From: an uncultured Candidatus Saccharibacteria bacterium
GTDB taxonomy: Bacteria; Patescibacteriota; Minisyncoccia; Phycocordibacterales; UBA9973
DNA length: 64,000 bases
Assembly (NCBI GenBank): GCA_964553015.1
Contig: CAZKJE010000001.1
Span: 6,110 to 70,109, forward strand
Reading direction: 5' to 3'
The notes beneath the pieces are model-generated. The model was not told where the DNA came from, did no database searches, and saw nothing but the letters and a program-made list of their open reading frames with translations. Positions 56,124 through 64,000 of the stretch are shown piece by piece (the first letter of the stretch is position 1; each line of letters begins with the position of its first letter). The position numbers and the translations under genes are program-made.

Positions 56124-56432
56124 TTAGCAGCAATCTTTTAACTTATTTTCTAATGATTCGACTTTTTTGCTTTCTCCTCCCTTTTTTTCTCTTAATTTTG
56201 AGAATATTTTTTTAAGTTCCGTTACAATACCCCCTATCGATGCGCCCATCAAAATCGCAGTCAGAAACTCATAGCGAGATACAGATAGAAGCCCGAGCCA
56301 CATGCCCAAAAGCATCCATAGCCACGTAAGTGTTACACCGGCGCAGATAGCACAGATTTGTATAGGCAATTTTTTATTAATTACCCGCACGATTAAAGTC
56401 AAGAAGAGAATTGATGATATTACTATAATCAT
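56124..56432 (-). CDS. Small CxxC membrane protein (possible thiol-disulfide oxidoreductase partner)
   Basis: 102 aa, three TM helices, CAIC in TM2, C-terminal DCC. Confidence 0.3.
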   Translation of the reverse strand: MIIVISSILFLTLIVRVINKKLPIQICAICAGVTLTWLWMLLGMWLGLLSVSRYEFLTAILMGASIGGIVTELKKIFSKLREKKGGESKKVESLENKLKDCC

Positions 56433-57208
56433 ATGAAGAAGATTAGGATACCGATAATAATCATACCAATGCCGGTCCAGAGCTTGACGCTCCCAATGTT
56501 GTCACGCTTCCACAGCTGAACTTTATCAACTAGCAGCTTGTCAGCGGATATGAACAAAACAGCAGCCAAAGGAATAATCAGGATCAAGTTATATAGGAGA
56601 AGATAGCCAAATCCGCTCATGTAAGTCACCTGATCGCGCAATAACCCGATAACCATTAAATATGGTCCACCCATGCATGGAAACTGGCAGATGCCGACGA
56701 GAATTCCGAGTCCGAATACCGCAGGGAATGATGCTCGGTCCATTAATTTACTCATAGCGCTGTGGGCAATTCCGGGAATTTTTAATTTTATCGGGAACTG
56801 CGGAAAAAAACGATTTACCAAGTTGACTACTCCGAAAATAATCAGAAGTGTCGCTCCCAGTTTCCCCATGAAGTGCGGAGTGTTGAACAAATGCAGAACT
56901 TTCAGTATCCCCAAACCTATCAGGAAGTATGCGGTGAAAATTCCTGCAATATAAGTTCCCCCCAGCTGAAGAATTTTCTCACGGCTCATCTGAATCCCGA
57001 ATAAAAATGCGATAGTAATAAGCAGAATAGAAAACGAACAGGGGTGCACGCTATCCAAAAGCGCCGACACTAAAAGAAGCGGCAAAAGCCATGTGCCTTC
57101 CCGGCTCATTTCCCAGATGATAGATGAGGTCGCCGGACTATTTTTTAGTACAACTATGCCTATCAGGGCAACTAATACGATACTGATTGTTATAATGAAT
57201 TTTTTCAT
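56429..57208 (-). CDS. ccdA: Cytochrome c-type biogenesis/thiol-disulfide transporter CcdA (DsbD transmembrane core)
   Basis: Six-TM protein with the DSVHPCSFSIL and GICQFPCMGGP Cys-containing motifs of CcdA/DsbD. Confidence 0.65.
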   Translation of the reverse strand: MKKFIITISIVLVALIGIVVLKNSPATSSIIWEMSREGTWLLPLLLVSALLDSVHPCSFSILLITIAFLFGIQMSREKILQLGGTYIAGIFTAYFLIGLGILKVLHLFNTPHFMGKLGATLLIIFGVVNLVNRFFPQFPIKLKIPGIAHSAMSKLMDRASFPAVFGLGILVGICQFPCMGGPYLMVIGLLRDQVTYMSGFGYLLLYNLILIIPLAAVLFISADKLLVDKVQLWKRDNIGSVKLWTGIGMIIIGILIFFI

Positions 57209-57213
57209 CTGTG

Positions 57214-57768
57214 TTAAGGGGTTACGTTCGCTTTAATTTCAAGTTCAAGTTTTTGTCCGTTTTCATCTACGAGGTAAATAAACCGGTCAATCGTGCCTAC
57301 CCCGGCTGGGCCATGCGCGTTCGGATCGTACACGACTTCAATGTCGCGAGATTCTCCGGCAGGAATTATTTCCCCCGCTTTGCCGTCGCCATGTCCAGGC
57401 ATATCAGTCGCACCGCCGTGACCAGGCATGCCAAACGGCCCAAGCTTGCTGCCGTCATCTTTTAATAAATAAGCCGCTGTACACATGCAGGAAGTACTGA
57501 TATTGGTCAACGCGACGTCTTCAGCGCCAGAGTTGGTGACTTTGAATATTTTGCTGACATTTCCATCTTTCATGGAGATTTGTCCGAAGTCATATAGCGT
57601 TTCTTCTGCTGAAAGTTTTCCCGCTATCTTATTTTCTACTTTAGCGGGATGCGAATTAGTAACAGATGCCTCGAGTGCTTTATCGCTGTCTACCGACTTG
57701 CTCCACCACACCAGACCCGCCACTCCTATAACAATTATAATTAACGAAACTGCAGTTTTTTTGTCCAT
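57214..57768 (-). CDS. DUF1573-domain protein (membrane-anchored Ig-like)
   Basis: N-terminal TM, YDFGQISMKDGNVSKIFKVTNSGAEDVALTNISTSCMCT typical of DUF1573, then a His/Gly/Met-rich loop. Confidence 0.5.
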   Translation of the reverse strand: MDKKTAVSLIIIVIGVAGLVWWSKSVDSDKALEASVTNSHPAKVENKIAGKLSAEETLYDFGQISMKDGNVSKIFKVTNSGAEDVALTNISTSCMCTAAYLLKDDGSKLGPFGMPGHGGATDMPGHGDGKAGEIIPAGESRDIEVVYDPNAHGPAGVGTIDRFIYLVDENGQKLELEIKANVTP

Positions 57769-57792
57769 AAATTTAAATAATTAGAATAGTAA

Positions 57793-57826
57793 AAAATCCC
57801 TTGAGGGGATTTTAAAGATACAGCTA
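57793..57826 (-). terminator. Rho-independent terminator
   Basis: aaaaaatccc-ttga-ggggatttt hairpin with a flanking T-run on the minus strand. Confidence 0.5.
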
Positions 57827-57846
57827 AAAATTTTACGACAAAATCG

Positions 57847-58266
57847 TTAGCTATACCTTGCGTATAAAAAAGACGGGCTATTTTCAAAAAACGATAGCCA
57901 TTTTATTATTTCTTCTTTAGGAGAATATAATATTTTGATATCCAGATAATACTTCCAGCTTTCAAAATATTGTTTTTCATTGAAAAAGTTATGCTTGCCG
58001 ATAAAATATAAAATTATTCCTGAAACAAAAAGGTAAAGAGCAAATAAAGACATTAGTGTTACATTTGAAAATTGCTGCCAGCCGGAGATGTGGTCTAAGG
58101 TATTTTCACATACCGAAAAGCCGTTTTCTGCATAAGGACAATTCATCATCGGCGTTTCAGTGGAGCTGGTGGTATGGCTCCATCCCACCAAACCAAACAC
58201 GCCTACGCTTACAAAAGCTAGTAAAACAAGACTGCCGATGATGAAATTGTTTTTCCAGATACTCAT
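57847..58266 (-). CDS. Hypothetical membrane protein
   Basis: 139 aa with two TM helices and a Cys pair (NCPYAENGFSVC) in the loop. Confidence 0.3.
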   Translation of the reverse strand: MSIWKNNFIIGSLVLLAFVSVGVFGLVGWSHTTSSTETPMMNCPYAENGFSVCENTLDHISGWQQFSNVTLMSLFALYLFVSGIILYFIGKHNFFNEKQYFESWKYYLDIKILYSPKEEIIKWLSFFENSPSFLYARYS

Positions 58267-58325
58267 GTTACTTAATTCTATTGCATTTTAGTGTAAAACA
58301 CTACCCCCGCATTTATATTATACTA

Positions 58326-58529
58326 CTATTGGCTCTTGTTGTCAATACCAAATGCGGTATGCAGCCAGCACCAGCCAATAAAGCTTTCAACAAGGGCTAT
58401 CCAGCCGACAATCGCAATAAGAACATTCCCCCAATTCGCGTCAAACTGCGGCGCGAGTGGCGAAAGCCACCAGAAGGCCAAGGCAAAGCGTAAAACTCTA
58501 TCTACTATTCCCAAATTTCTATAATTCAT
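58326..58529 (-). CDS. DUF2892 (YgaP-like) small membrane protein
   Basis: DRVLRFALAFWWLSP...IVGWIALVESFIGWCWLHTAFG matches DUF2892. The internal Met start avoids overlap with copA. Confidence 0.5.
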   Translation of the reverse strand: MNYRNLGIVDRVLRFALAFWWLSPLAPQFDANWGNVLIAIVGWIALVESFIGWCWLHTAFGIDNKSQ

Positions 58530-58563
58530 AAAATTTAAATTGATTATTTTAATAATTTCGACC

Positions 58564-60903
58564 TTATAATTTCTTGCTTTTAATGCGCAAAGAATTTCCG
58601 ACCACCGACACCGAAGACATGGCCATGGCAAATCCTGCAAACACGGGAGACAGCAGCCATCCGAATATTGGATAGAATAATCCTGCGGCGAGTGGTATGC
58701 CTATGACGTTATATGCAAAAGCCCAGAAAAGATTCTGTTTGATTCCTCGCATGGTCATTTTTGAGAGCTTGATGGCTTTTACAAGTTTTGAAATATCGCC
58801 ATGAAGCAGAGTTATGCCTGCGCTTTCTATCGCCACGTCAGTGCCCGTAGCCATAGCTATGCCCACGTCTGCCTGCGCCAAGGCCGGAGCGTCGTTGACC
58901 CCGTCACCCGCCATGGCCACGACATAACCATTACTCTGAAGTTCTTTTATTTTATTTAATTTATCTTCCGGCATTGCTTCAGCCACTATTTCGTCTATTC
59001 CGGCAAGATTTGCAATATGTTTTGCCGTATTTTTATTATCGCCCGTGAGCATTACCACTTTCACTCCGAGTTTATGCAGATTCTTAACTGCAAGCACTGT
59101 CTCCTCTTTTATAGCGTCAGCCACCATGAAAACTCCCAGAATTTCATTTTTCGCACCAAGAATTATAGGAGTTTTGCCTTCTAGGGTTTCTTTTTCTATT
59201 TTTTCTTTCTGATTTTCTTTGAATTTTAGATGCAAATCCTCAACGATTTTTGTATTGCCGGCAAAATATTCTACACCACCCACGACTCCCTTAAGTCCTT
59301 TTCCTTTTACAATTTCAAAATTATCTACGCCGCCTATCGCTATTTTTTTTTCTTTAGCATAACTCAGCACTGCGTGAGCAATGGGATGTTCTGATTTATT
59401 TTCTAGAGTTGCGAGAATCGAAACCAACTCATGATCGCTTTTGCCTGAAAAATTATTTATAGAAACAAGCTCCGGCTTACCAAAAGTAAGTGTCCCTGTT
59501 TTATCTACCACCACCGCATTAACTTTATGAAGTTTTTCAAGAGTGCCGGCATCTTTTATGAGAATACCCTCCTTGGCTCCCTTGCCTACTCCGACAATTA
59601 TCGCAGTCGGCGTCGCCAAACCTAGGGCACACGGACAAGCTATGACAAGTATCCCCACAAATGAAACCAAGCCAAACGAGAACGCCTGTGAAAAATCCAT
59701 GTATTGTGAACCTACCACAAGCCAGAGTAAAAGAGTTAGAGCTGCTATTCCTAAAACAATCGGCACAAACACGCTGGAAATTTTATCCGCCAGAGCTTGT
59801 ATCGGCGCCTTGCTTCCCTGCGCTTCTTCCACCATCCTGATAATGTTGGCAAGCAGAGTTTCCGAACCTACTTTTGTAGCCCTAAAAGTAAATGAGCCTG
59901 TAGTATTTATCGTCCCTGATACCACGCTGTCTCCCTCTTTTTTACCCACCGGCATTGGCTCGCCGGTGACCATGGACTCGTCAATATACGAAGAGCCTGA
60001 AACGATAATACCGTCCACTGGGATTTTTCCCGCTGGTTTTACTATAATCAAATCTCCGTGCATCACCTGCTCAACAGGTATTTCTATTTCCTGATTATTG
60101 CGAATGACTAAAGCGGTCTTCGCCTGCAAACCCAAGAGCTTTTCTATTGCATCTCCGGTCTTTATTTTAGAGCGGGTCTCTAAATATTTTCCGAGCGCAA
60201 TAAAAGCAATGACTATAATGGTAACGTCATAATATGTGCTTGCTGTATCAATAAAAGGCGCGAGAGTTTCTTCAAAGGCCGTAACGGCAAAGCTGTATAA
60301 AAATGCAACCGAGGTGCCTATGCCGATAAGCGTATCCATGTTCGCCTTGCCGTAACGCAAGAATCGGTAAAAGCCTAGGAGATAGGGTTTGCCCACCACG
60401 AATAAAATATAAGTGGCGAGTATAGGCATCAAATGGTGGAAAAATTCTTCCCACACGTACGGCATTCCGGACACAAGCCCGTACTGCTCAAGAATTTCCC
60501 ATGCCATTACAAAAGCGCTTATAGCTGCAAGCGGTATGGCAGAAATAATTTTATTCCGCATGTCTTGAAGCTCTTTTAGTTTTTCTTTTTTAGATTGATT
60601 TATGCCTAAATGCGCTTTATGCTCGTCTTCGGTCATACCCATTTCGCTCGCCGTCATTCCTCTAGCGTGAGTACCGTGGTCTTCTTTTTTATTTACCATT
60701 ATAGAATATCCAAGAGGCTCAAGTTTTTCGTTGAACTGTTCCGGACTTGTTTTGCTCTCATTAAAAGAAATCTTTGCGTTTTCGGTACCAGCATTAACTG
60801 AAATCCCCTCTACACCATCTATCTTCTTTATCGTTCTTTCTATAATGCTAGAGCAGGAAGCGCAGTGCATGCCTTTTACTTTGTAAGTTTCTGTGTGGCT
60901 CAT
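58564..60903 (-). CDS. copA: Copper-translocating P1B-type ATPase
   Basis: N-terminal [17 protein letters not shown] motif, DKTGTLT phosphorylation site, [10 protein letters not shown] hinge. 779 aa. Confidence 0.9.
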   Translation of the reverse strand: MSHTETYKVKGMHCASCSSIIERTIKKIDGVEGISVNAGTENAKISFNESKTSPEQFNEKLEPLGYSIMVNKKEDHGTHARGMTASEMGMTEDEHKAHLGINQSKKEKLKELQDMRNKIISAIPLAAISAFVMAWEILEQYGLVSGMPYVWEEFFHHLMPILATYILFVVGKPYLLGFYRFLRYGKANMDTLIGIGTSVAFLYSFAVTAFEETLAPFIDTASTYYDVTIIVIAFIALGKYLETRSKIKTGDAIEKLLGLQAKTALVIRNNQEIEIPVEQVMHGDLIIVKPAGKIPVDGIIVSGSSYIDESMVTGEPMPVGKKEGDSVVSGTINTTGSFTFRATKVGSETLLANIIRMVEEAQGSKAPIQALADKISSVFVPIVLGIAALTLLLWLVVGSQYMDFSQAFSFGLVSFVGILVIACPCALGLATPTAIIVGVGKGAKEGILIKDAGTLEKLHKVNAVVVDKTGTLTFGKPELVSINNFSGKSDHELVSILATLENKSEHPIAHAVLSYAKEKKIAIGGVDNFEIVKGKGLKGVVGGVEYFAGNTKIVEDLHLKFKENQKEKIEKETLEGKTPIILGAKNEILGVFMVADAIKEETVLAVKNLHKLGVKVVMLTGDNKNTAKHIANLAGIDEIVAEAMPEDKLNKIKELQSNGYVVAMAGDGVNDAPALAQADVGIAMATGTDVAIESAGITLLHGDISKLVKAIKLSKMTMRGIKQNLFWAFAYNVIGIPLAAGLFYPIFGWLLSPVFAGFAMAMSSVSVVGNSLRIKSKKL

Positions 60904-60905
60904 AA

Positions 60906-61169
60906 TTATTTTCTCTTAAGCTGATAAACTTTCAAAATTTCTTTGGTTGCTTTATCCGTCTGTCCGCCCTTTATCTGATTGACAACACAATGCCCAAGAT
61001 GCCCTTCGAGAAGCATGTCTTCTATATTGGAAAGACCCTGCTTAAGAGCTGATGTCTGAGTGATGACATCAATGCAATACGTATCTGCTTCTATCATTTT
61101 TTGCAATCCCCGCGCCTGACCTTCTAAGATTTTCAGTCTCCTGATAATTTTTTGCTTATTTGTCTTCAT
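60906..61169 (-). CDS. csoR: CsoR/RcnR-family metal-sensing transcriptional repressor
   Basis: 87 aa. Helical protein with the C-H-C copper-ligand pattern (YCIDV...HLGHC). Confidence 0.8.
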   Translation of the reverse strand: MKTNKQKIIRRLKILEGQARGLQKMIEADTYCIDVITQTSALKQGLSNIEDMLLEGHLGHCVVNQIKGGQTDKATKEILKVYQLKRK

Positions 61170-61180
61170 ACCCCAAGCAT

Positions 61181-61198
61181 ATACCCCCTAGGGGGTAT
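61181..61198. promoter_or_regulatory. CsoR operator, perfect 18-bp palindrome ATACCCCCTAGGGGGTAT, within the csoR-copA promoter
   Basis: On the minus strand: TTGACA (61208..61203) directly followed by the palindrome in the spacer/-10 region, then ATG 12 nt later. Matches the GC-rich pseudo-palindromes bound by CsoR (e.g. Bacillus TACCC...GGGTA). Confidence 0.6.
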
Positions 61199-61255
61199 TG
61201 TCAATAAAGTTTTCCACAGCAAAAAAGAGCGGATTATACACTCCCAAGGATTAGT

Positions 61256-62482
61256 TTAAATAAGCCCCATTTCTTTCCCTACTTCCGACAATACGTTAAG
61301 TGCTTGATCTATTTGTTCCCTAGTGTGCGCGGCGGAAATTTGGAACCGCAGGCGGGCGGTGCCTTCAGGCACAACGGGAAACCAGAGCCCAACCACAAAA
61401 ATTCCTTTCTCTAAAAGCTTCTTGCTCATCTCCTGCGTTTTTGCCGCATCGTTGAGCATGACCGGAACTATAGGATGAATGCCTTCCAAGACATTAAAAC
61501 CCAATTTTTTCGCGCCACTTCTAAAATATTCGGCATTTTCTTTTACTTTATCTAAAAGCTCCGGTTTTTCTTTTAAAAGATCCAGTGCTTTTATGGATGC
61601 AATTACGACAGAGGGCGGCACGGAATTTGAAAATAGATACGTGCGGGATTTTTGGCGGAGTAATTCTATTATCTCTTTAGAGCCTGCGATATATCCGCCG
61701 ACAGCTCCACCGAGCGCTTTACCAAAAGTACCGGATAGTACATCAATTTTTCCTAGAAGTCCAAAATGTTCCGGGGTTCCGGCGCCCGTTTTTCCGAGCA
61801 CGCCGATAGCATGAGCATCGTCCACAAACAGCATGGCTTCGTGTTTATCGGCAAGTTCACGCAACTTTGGCAAATCGGCAAGATATCCTTCCATAGAAAA
61901 AACGCCATCTGTAACTATGATTTTAAACCTGTAATCCTTGTCCTTGTCTTCGTCTAAAAATTTCTCCAAAGTAGCTATATCTCCATGCGGATAAATTCTC
62001 TTTATTGTATTTTCTTTTTTGCAGAGCTTGAAGGCATCAATGATACTCGCATGGTTTAGCTCATCGCTATAAATAGCATCCTGATGTTTGCCGTCTCCGC
62101 CAAAAAGTTCGTTGGTGATCGTCGCAAAGAATCCCAGATTTGCCATAAAATTCGTAGAGTATAAAATAGCATCTTCGGTTCCCAAAAATTCAGACAGTTT
62201 CTTTTCCAAAATTTTATGGATCGTTTCTGTTCCGGAAATAAATCTCACGGAAGACAATCCGAAACCATATGTATCTATGGCTTCTTTTGCAGAATTTGCA
62301 ATTTCCGGATGGTTCGCTAGTCCCAGATAATTATTAGCGGCAAACATTAATACTTTTCTTCCTTTGATTTCCACCTCTGCGCCCTGCGCGCCCTCAAGCT
62401 CGCGCTCCACCTTAAATTTCCCTGCCTGTTTCAGGGCTTCTAGTTCATGTTCTATAGCTTCTGTTATTTTTTTTGAATACAT
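61256..62482 (-). CDS. kbl: Glycine C-acetyltransferase (2-amino-3-ketobutyrate CoA ligase)
   Basis: PLP aminotransferase class II. 408 aa. Paired with tdh. Confidence 0.8.
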   Translation of the reverse strand: MYSKKITEAIEHELEALKQAGKFKVERELEGAQGAEVEIKGRKVLMFAANNYLGLANHPEIANSAKEAIDTYGFGLSSVRFISGTETIHKILEKKLSEFLGTEDAILYSTNFMANLGFFATITNELFGGDGKHQDAIYSDELNHASIIDAFKLCKKENTIKRIYPHGDIATLEKFLDEDKDKDYRFKIIVTDGVFSMEGYLADLPKLRELADKHEAMLFVDDAHAIGVLGKTGAGTPEHFGLLGKIDVLSGTFGKALGGAVGGYIAGSKEIIELLRQKSRTYLFSNSVPPSVVIASIKALDLLKEKPELLDKVKENAEYFRSGAKKLGFNVLEGIHPIVPVMLNDAAKTQEMSKKLLEKGIFVVGLWFPVVPEGTARLRFQISAAHTREQIDQALNVLSEVGKEMGLI

Positions 62483-62517
62483 GATAGTACTTACATGAAT
62501 ACGTATTTTAATACTTA

Positions 62518-63480
62518 TTATTTGCTTAATTTTCCTTTTAAATTTTTAAGCATATCAGCCACCATTTTTTCCAGATCATATTCATGCTTCCAGCCCCAGT
62601 CGGCTCTGGCAACGCTGTCATCAATGCTTTGAGGCCAGCTATCGGCGATAGCTTGGCGGGGGTCGGGCTTATAGCTGATTTCAAAACTTGGTATGTGTTT
62701 TTTTATGGCTGCAGCTATTTCTTTCGGAGAAAAACTTAAAGCCGATAAATTGTAAGACATCCGGCATTTAATTTTATCACATGGGGTCTGCATCAATTCA
62801 ATGGTCGCTCGGATAGCATCATCCATATACATCATCGGAAGATAAGTATTTTCGGAAAGAGGGCTCTCGTATTTCGCATTTTGCAGAGCTCCATAAAATA
62901 TTTCCACTGCATATTCCGTCGTCCCCGGCCCCGGTTCGCTCTTCCAGCTGATTAATCCGGGATATCTCACACTCCTAACGTCTAAATTATAACGCCTGTT
63001 GTAATATTGGCATAAAAGCTCTCCGGCATATTTAGTAATTCCATACATCGTAACCGGCTCTATGGGGGTTCTTTGCGGAGTTTCTTTTCTCGGAGTAGTG
63101 GGTCCAAATACCGCCATAGAACTCGGCCAGAATAATTTAATTTTTTCCTCCACGCATAAATCAAGAATCTGGCGCAAGCTCCCGATATTTAAACCCCAGC
63201 ATAGCTTGGGATTTTTTTCTCCGCCAACCGATAGCAGAGCCGCCAGCAGGTATATGGTATTAATACTTTCTTCTTTTACAAATTTTCTGATAGCCTCAAT
63301 ATTGAGAGCATCCAGAACTGCATAAGGGCCCGTGCCCTTGAGCAATTCATTTTCTTCTCTGATGTCGGAAGCAAAAACATTCCCGCTTCCATATTTTTTT
63401 CGGAGTTCCAGTGTTAACCCCACCCCCACCATTCCACACGCCCCTATCACTAAAATTTTTTCATTATTTTTTTCCTGCAT
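62518..63480 (-). CDS. tdh: L-threonine 3-dehydrogenase (NAD-dependent epimerase/dehydratase family)
   Basis: ILVIGACGMVGVGL Rossmann and the YxxxK catalytic dyad. 320 aa, adjacent to kbl. Confidence 0.7.
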   Translation of the reverse strand: MQEKNNEKILVIGACGMVGVGLTLELRKKYGSGNVFASDIREENELLKGTGPYAVLDALNIEAIRKFVKEESINTIYLLAALLSVGGEKNPKLCWGLNIGSLRQILDLCVEEKIKLFWPSSMAVFGPTTPRKETPQRTPIEPVTMYGITKYAGELLCQYYNRRYNLDVRSVRYPGLISWKSEPGPGTTEYAVEIFYGALQNAKYESPLSENTYLPMMYMDDAIRATIELMQTPCDKIKCRMSYNLSALSFSPKEIAAAIKKHIPSFEISYKPDPRQAIADSWPQSIDDSVARADWGWKHEYDLEKMVADMLKNLKGKLSK

Positions 63481-63570
63481 ATATTTATATTATCACCCCG
63501 TAGTGAATTTTGGAAATGCCTCTAAGGCGTGATTTTTCTAAAAATCACCTTTCCAAAATCTACTACTGGG

Positions 63571-64000
63571 TCACATCTTGGTCATGATGAGCCAATGTTC
63601 AGCTAAATCAGAAGTTTTTTCGTCAGTCTCAAAACCAAGATCCGTAATTAGCTTTGTAAAAGCATTATTTCTGTCGTCGGTACCAGTCCAAAATTTAATA
63701 TTAATGAAATATCTTTTGTAAAAATCAATAACAAATTTGCCGAAATTTTTCATCATTCCTCTTCCTCGAAAATTGGGATACGAGCGAAAAGATATCGTGT
63801 GCCAATCGCTGTCGGTTTTGCCTTCCTCTTTACCGCCAAATTTTATAGATTTCTTGCCGAGCGGTTTTGGCCCAAACCAGATTATCGCCGCCAAGGTATC
63901 GGTTTGTTTATGGATAAGGCCAAAAGGGGTGCGATTTTTCTTGTACCAATGCTCGTATGTTTTCTCTACAAAGCGCCGCCTGTCGCCGGTAAAGTTTTGC
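63571..64000 (-). CDS. GNAT-family N-acetyltransferase-like protein, partial (N-terminus beyond the window end)
   Basis: The ORF is open to the window edge. The listed TTG start at 63894 is internal. RSYPNFRGRGMMKNF resembles GNAT motif A. Confidence 0.35.
   Translation of the reverse strand, partial: QNFTGDRRRFVEKTYEHWYKKNRTPFGLIHKQTDTLAAIIWFGPKPLGKKSIKFGGKEEGKTDSDWHTISFRSYPNFRGRGMMKNFGKFVIDFYKRYFINIKFWTGTDDRNNAFTKLITDLGFETDEKTSDLAEHWLIMTKM

Noticed and set aside
56877-56893. Fifth copy of the REP-like motif inside ccdA (GGAGTGTTGAACAAATG)
   Set aside because: Only about 13 nt match and the hairpin partner arm is missing. This is probably a chance similarity.
58530-58640. Long N-terminal extension of the DUF2892 ORF overlapping copA
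   Set aside because: The extension ([13 protein letters not shown]...) overlaps the well-supported copA 3' end. The internal Met gives a non-overlapping, family-typical start.

Overview
This 64 kb window reads as a stretch of a small, AT-rich bacterial chromosome. The gene set is reduced and housekeeping-dominated, consistent with a Candidate Phyla Radiation/Patescibacteria-type organism; that attribution is an inference from gene content and compactness, not a database hit.

Main content, in order:
- A long minus-strand housekeeping run: class I aldolase, gatB, obg, a MYG1-family hydrolase, a DedA-family protein and a YqeY-like protein.
- An exonuclease and rmuC on the plus strand.
- A small GC-rich island carrying an HNH nuclease and an XRE regulator, lying next to tRNA-Glu.
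- msrA and msrB, then a partial division and cell-wall cluster (mraZ-rsmH-ftsL-ftsI-murF).
- lysS, greA, rpsU, ybeY, ftsA, ftsZ and trxB.
- A block of accessory-looking secreted proteins: an FN3 protein with a hydrolase-like domain and an HExxH protein.
- A uracil-DNA glycosylase, a sugar nucleotidyltransferase, gdhA, tsaD, a C-terminally minimal valS, a PrsW-like protease and an Hsp20.
- An IS200/RAYT-like Y1 transposase flanked by a 25-bp palindromic REP-like repeat.
- lepA, an ABC exporter, murJ, an O-antigen-ligase/TPR membrane protein and leuS.
- An RlmI-like methyltransferase and ychF.
- A roughly 9 kb copper and thiol-disulfide locus: cupredoxin-like protein, HMA-fused membrane protein, DUF3105, CcdA, DUF1573, a YgaP-like protein, copA, and csoR with a perfect palindromic operator.
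- kbl and tdh, and a partial GNAT gene at the 3' edge.

Seven tRNA genes were parsed by hand: Glu-CUC, Ser-CGA, Glu-UUC, Val-GAC, Phe-GAA, Arg-CCU and Gly-CCC. No CRISPR array or rRNA gene is present.

Most notable observations:
1. leuS carries a roughly 150-aa insertion with a clear Nudix-box signature between the editing domain and the catalytic core.
2. The REP-like hairpin that flanks the Y1 transposase also occurs in-frame inside the transposase ORF itself and inside the RlmI-like methyltransferase ORF, which resembles the behaviour of Rickettsia palindromic elements.
3. A GC-rich transcription unit of about 320 nt, with a promoter and a terminator, sits between the exonuclease gene and rmuC. 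It could be an unclassified ncRNA or a foreign small ORF.
4. Several GC-rich orphan islets bounded by long perfect hairpins look horizontally acquired.
5. The mraZ promoter has GTGGG direct repeats, and the csoR promoter carries the ATACCCCCTAGGGGGTAT operator in its spacer.
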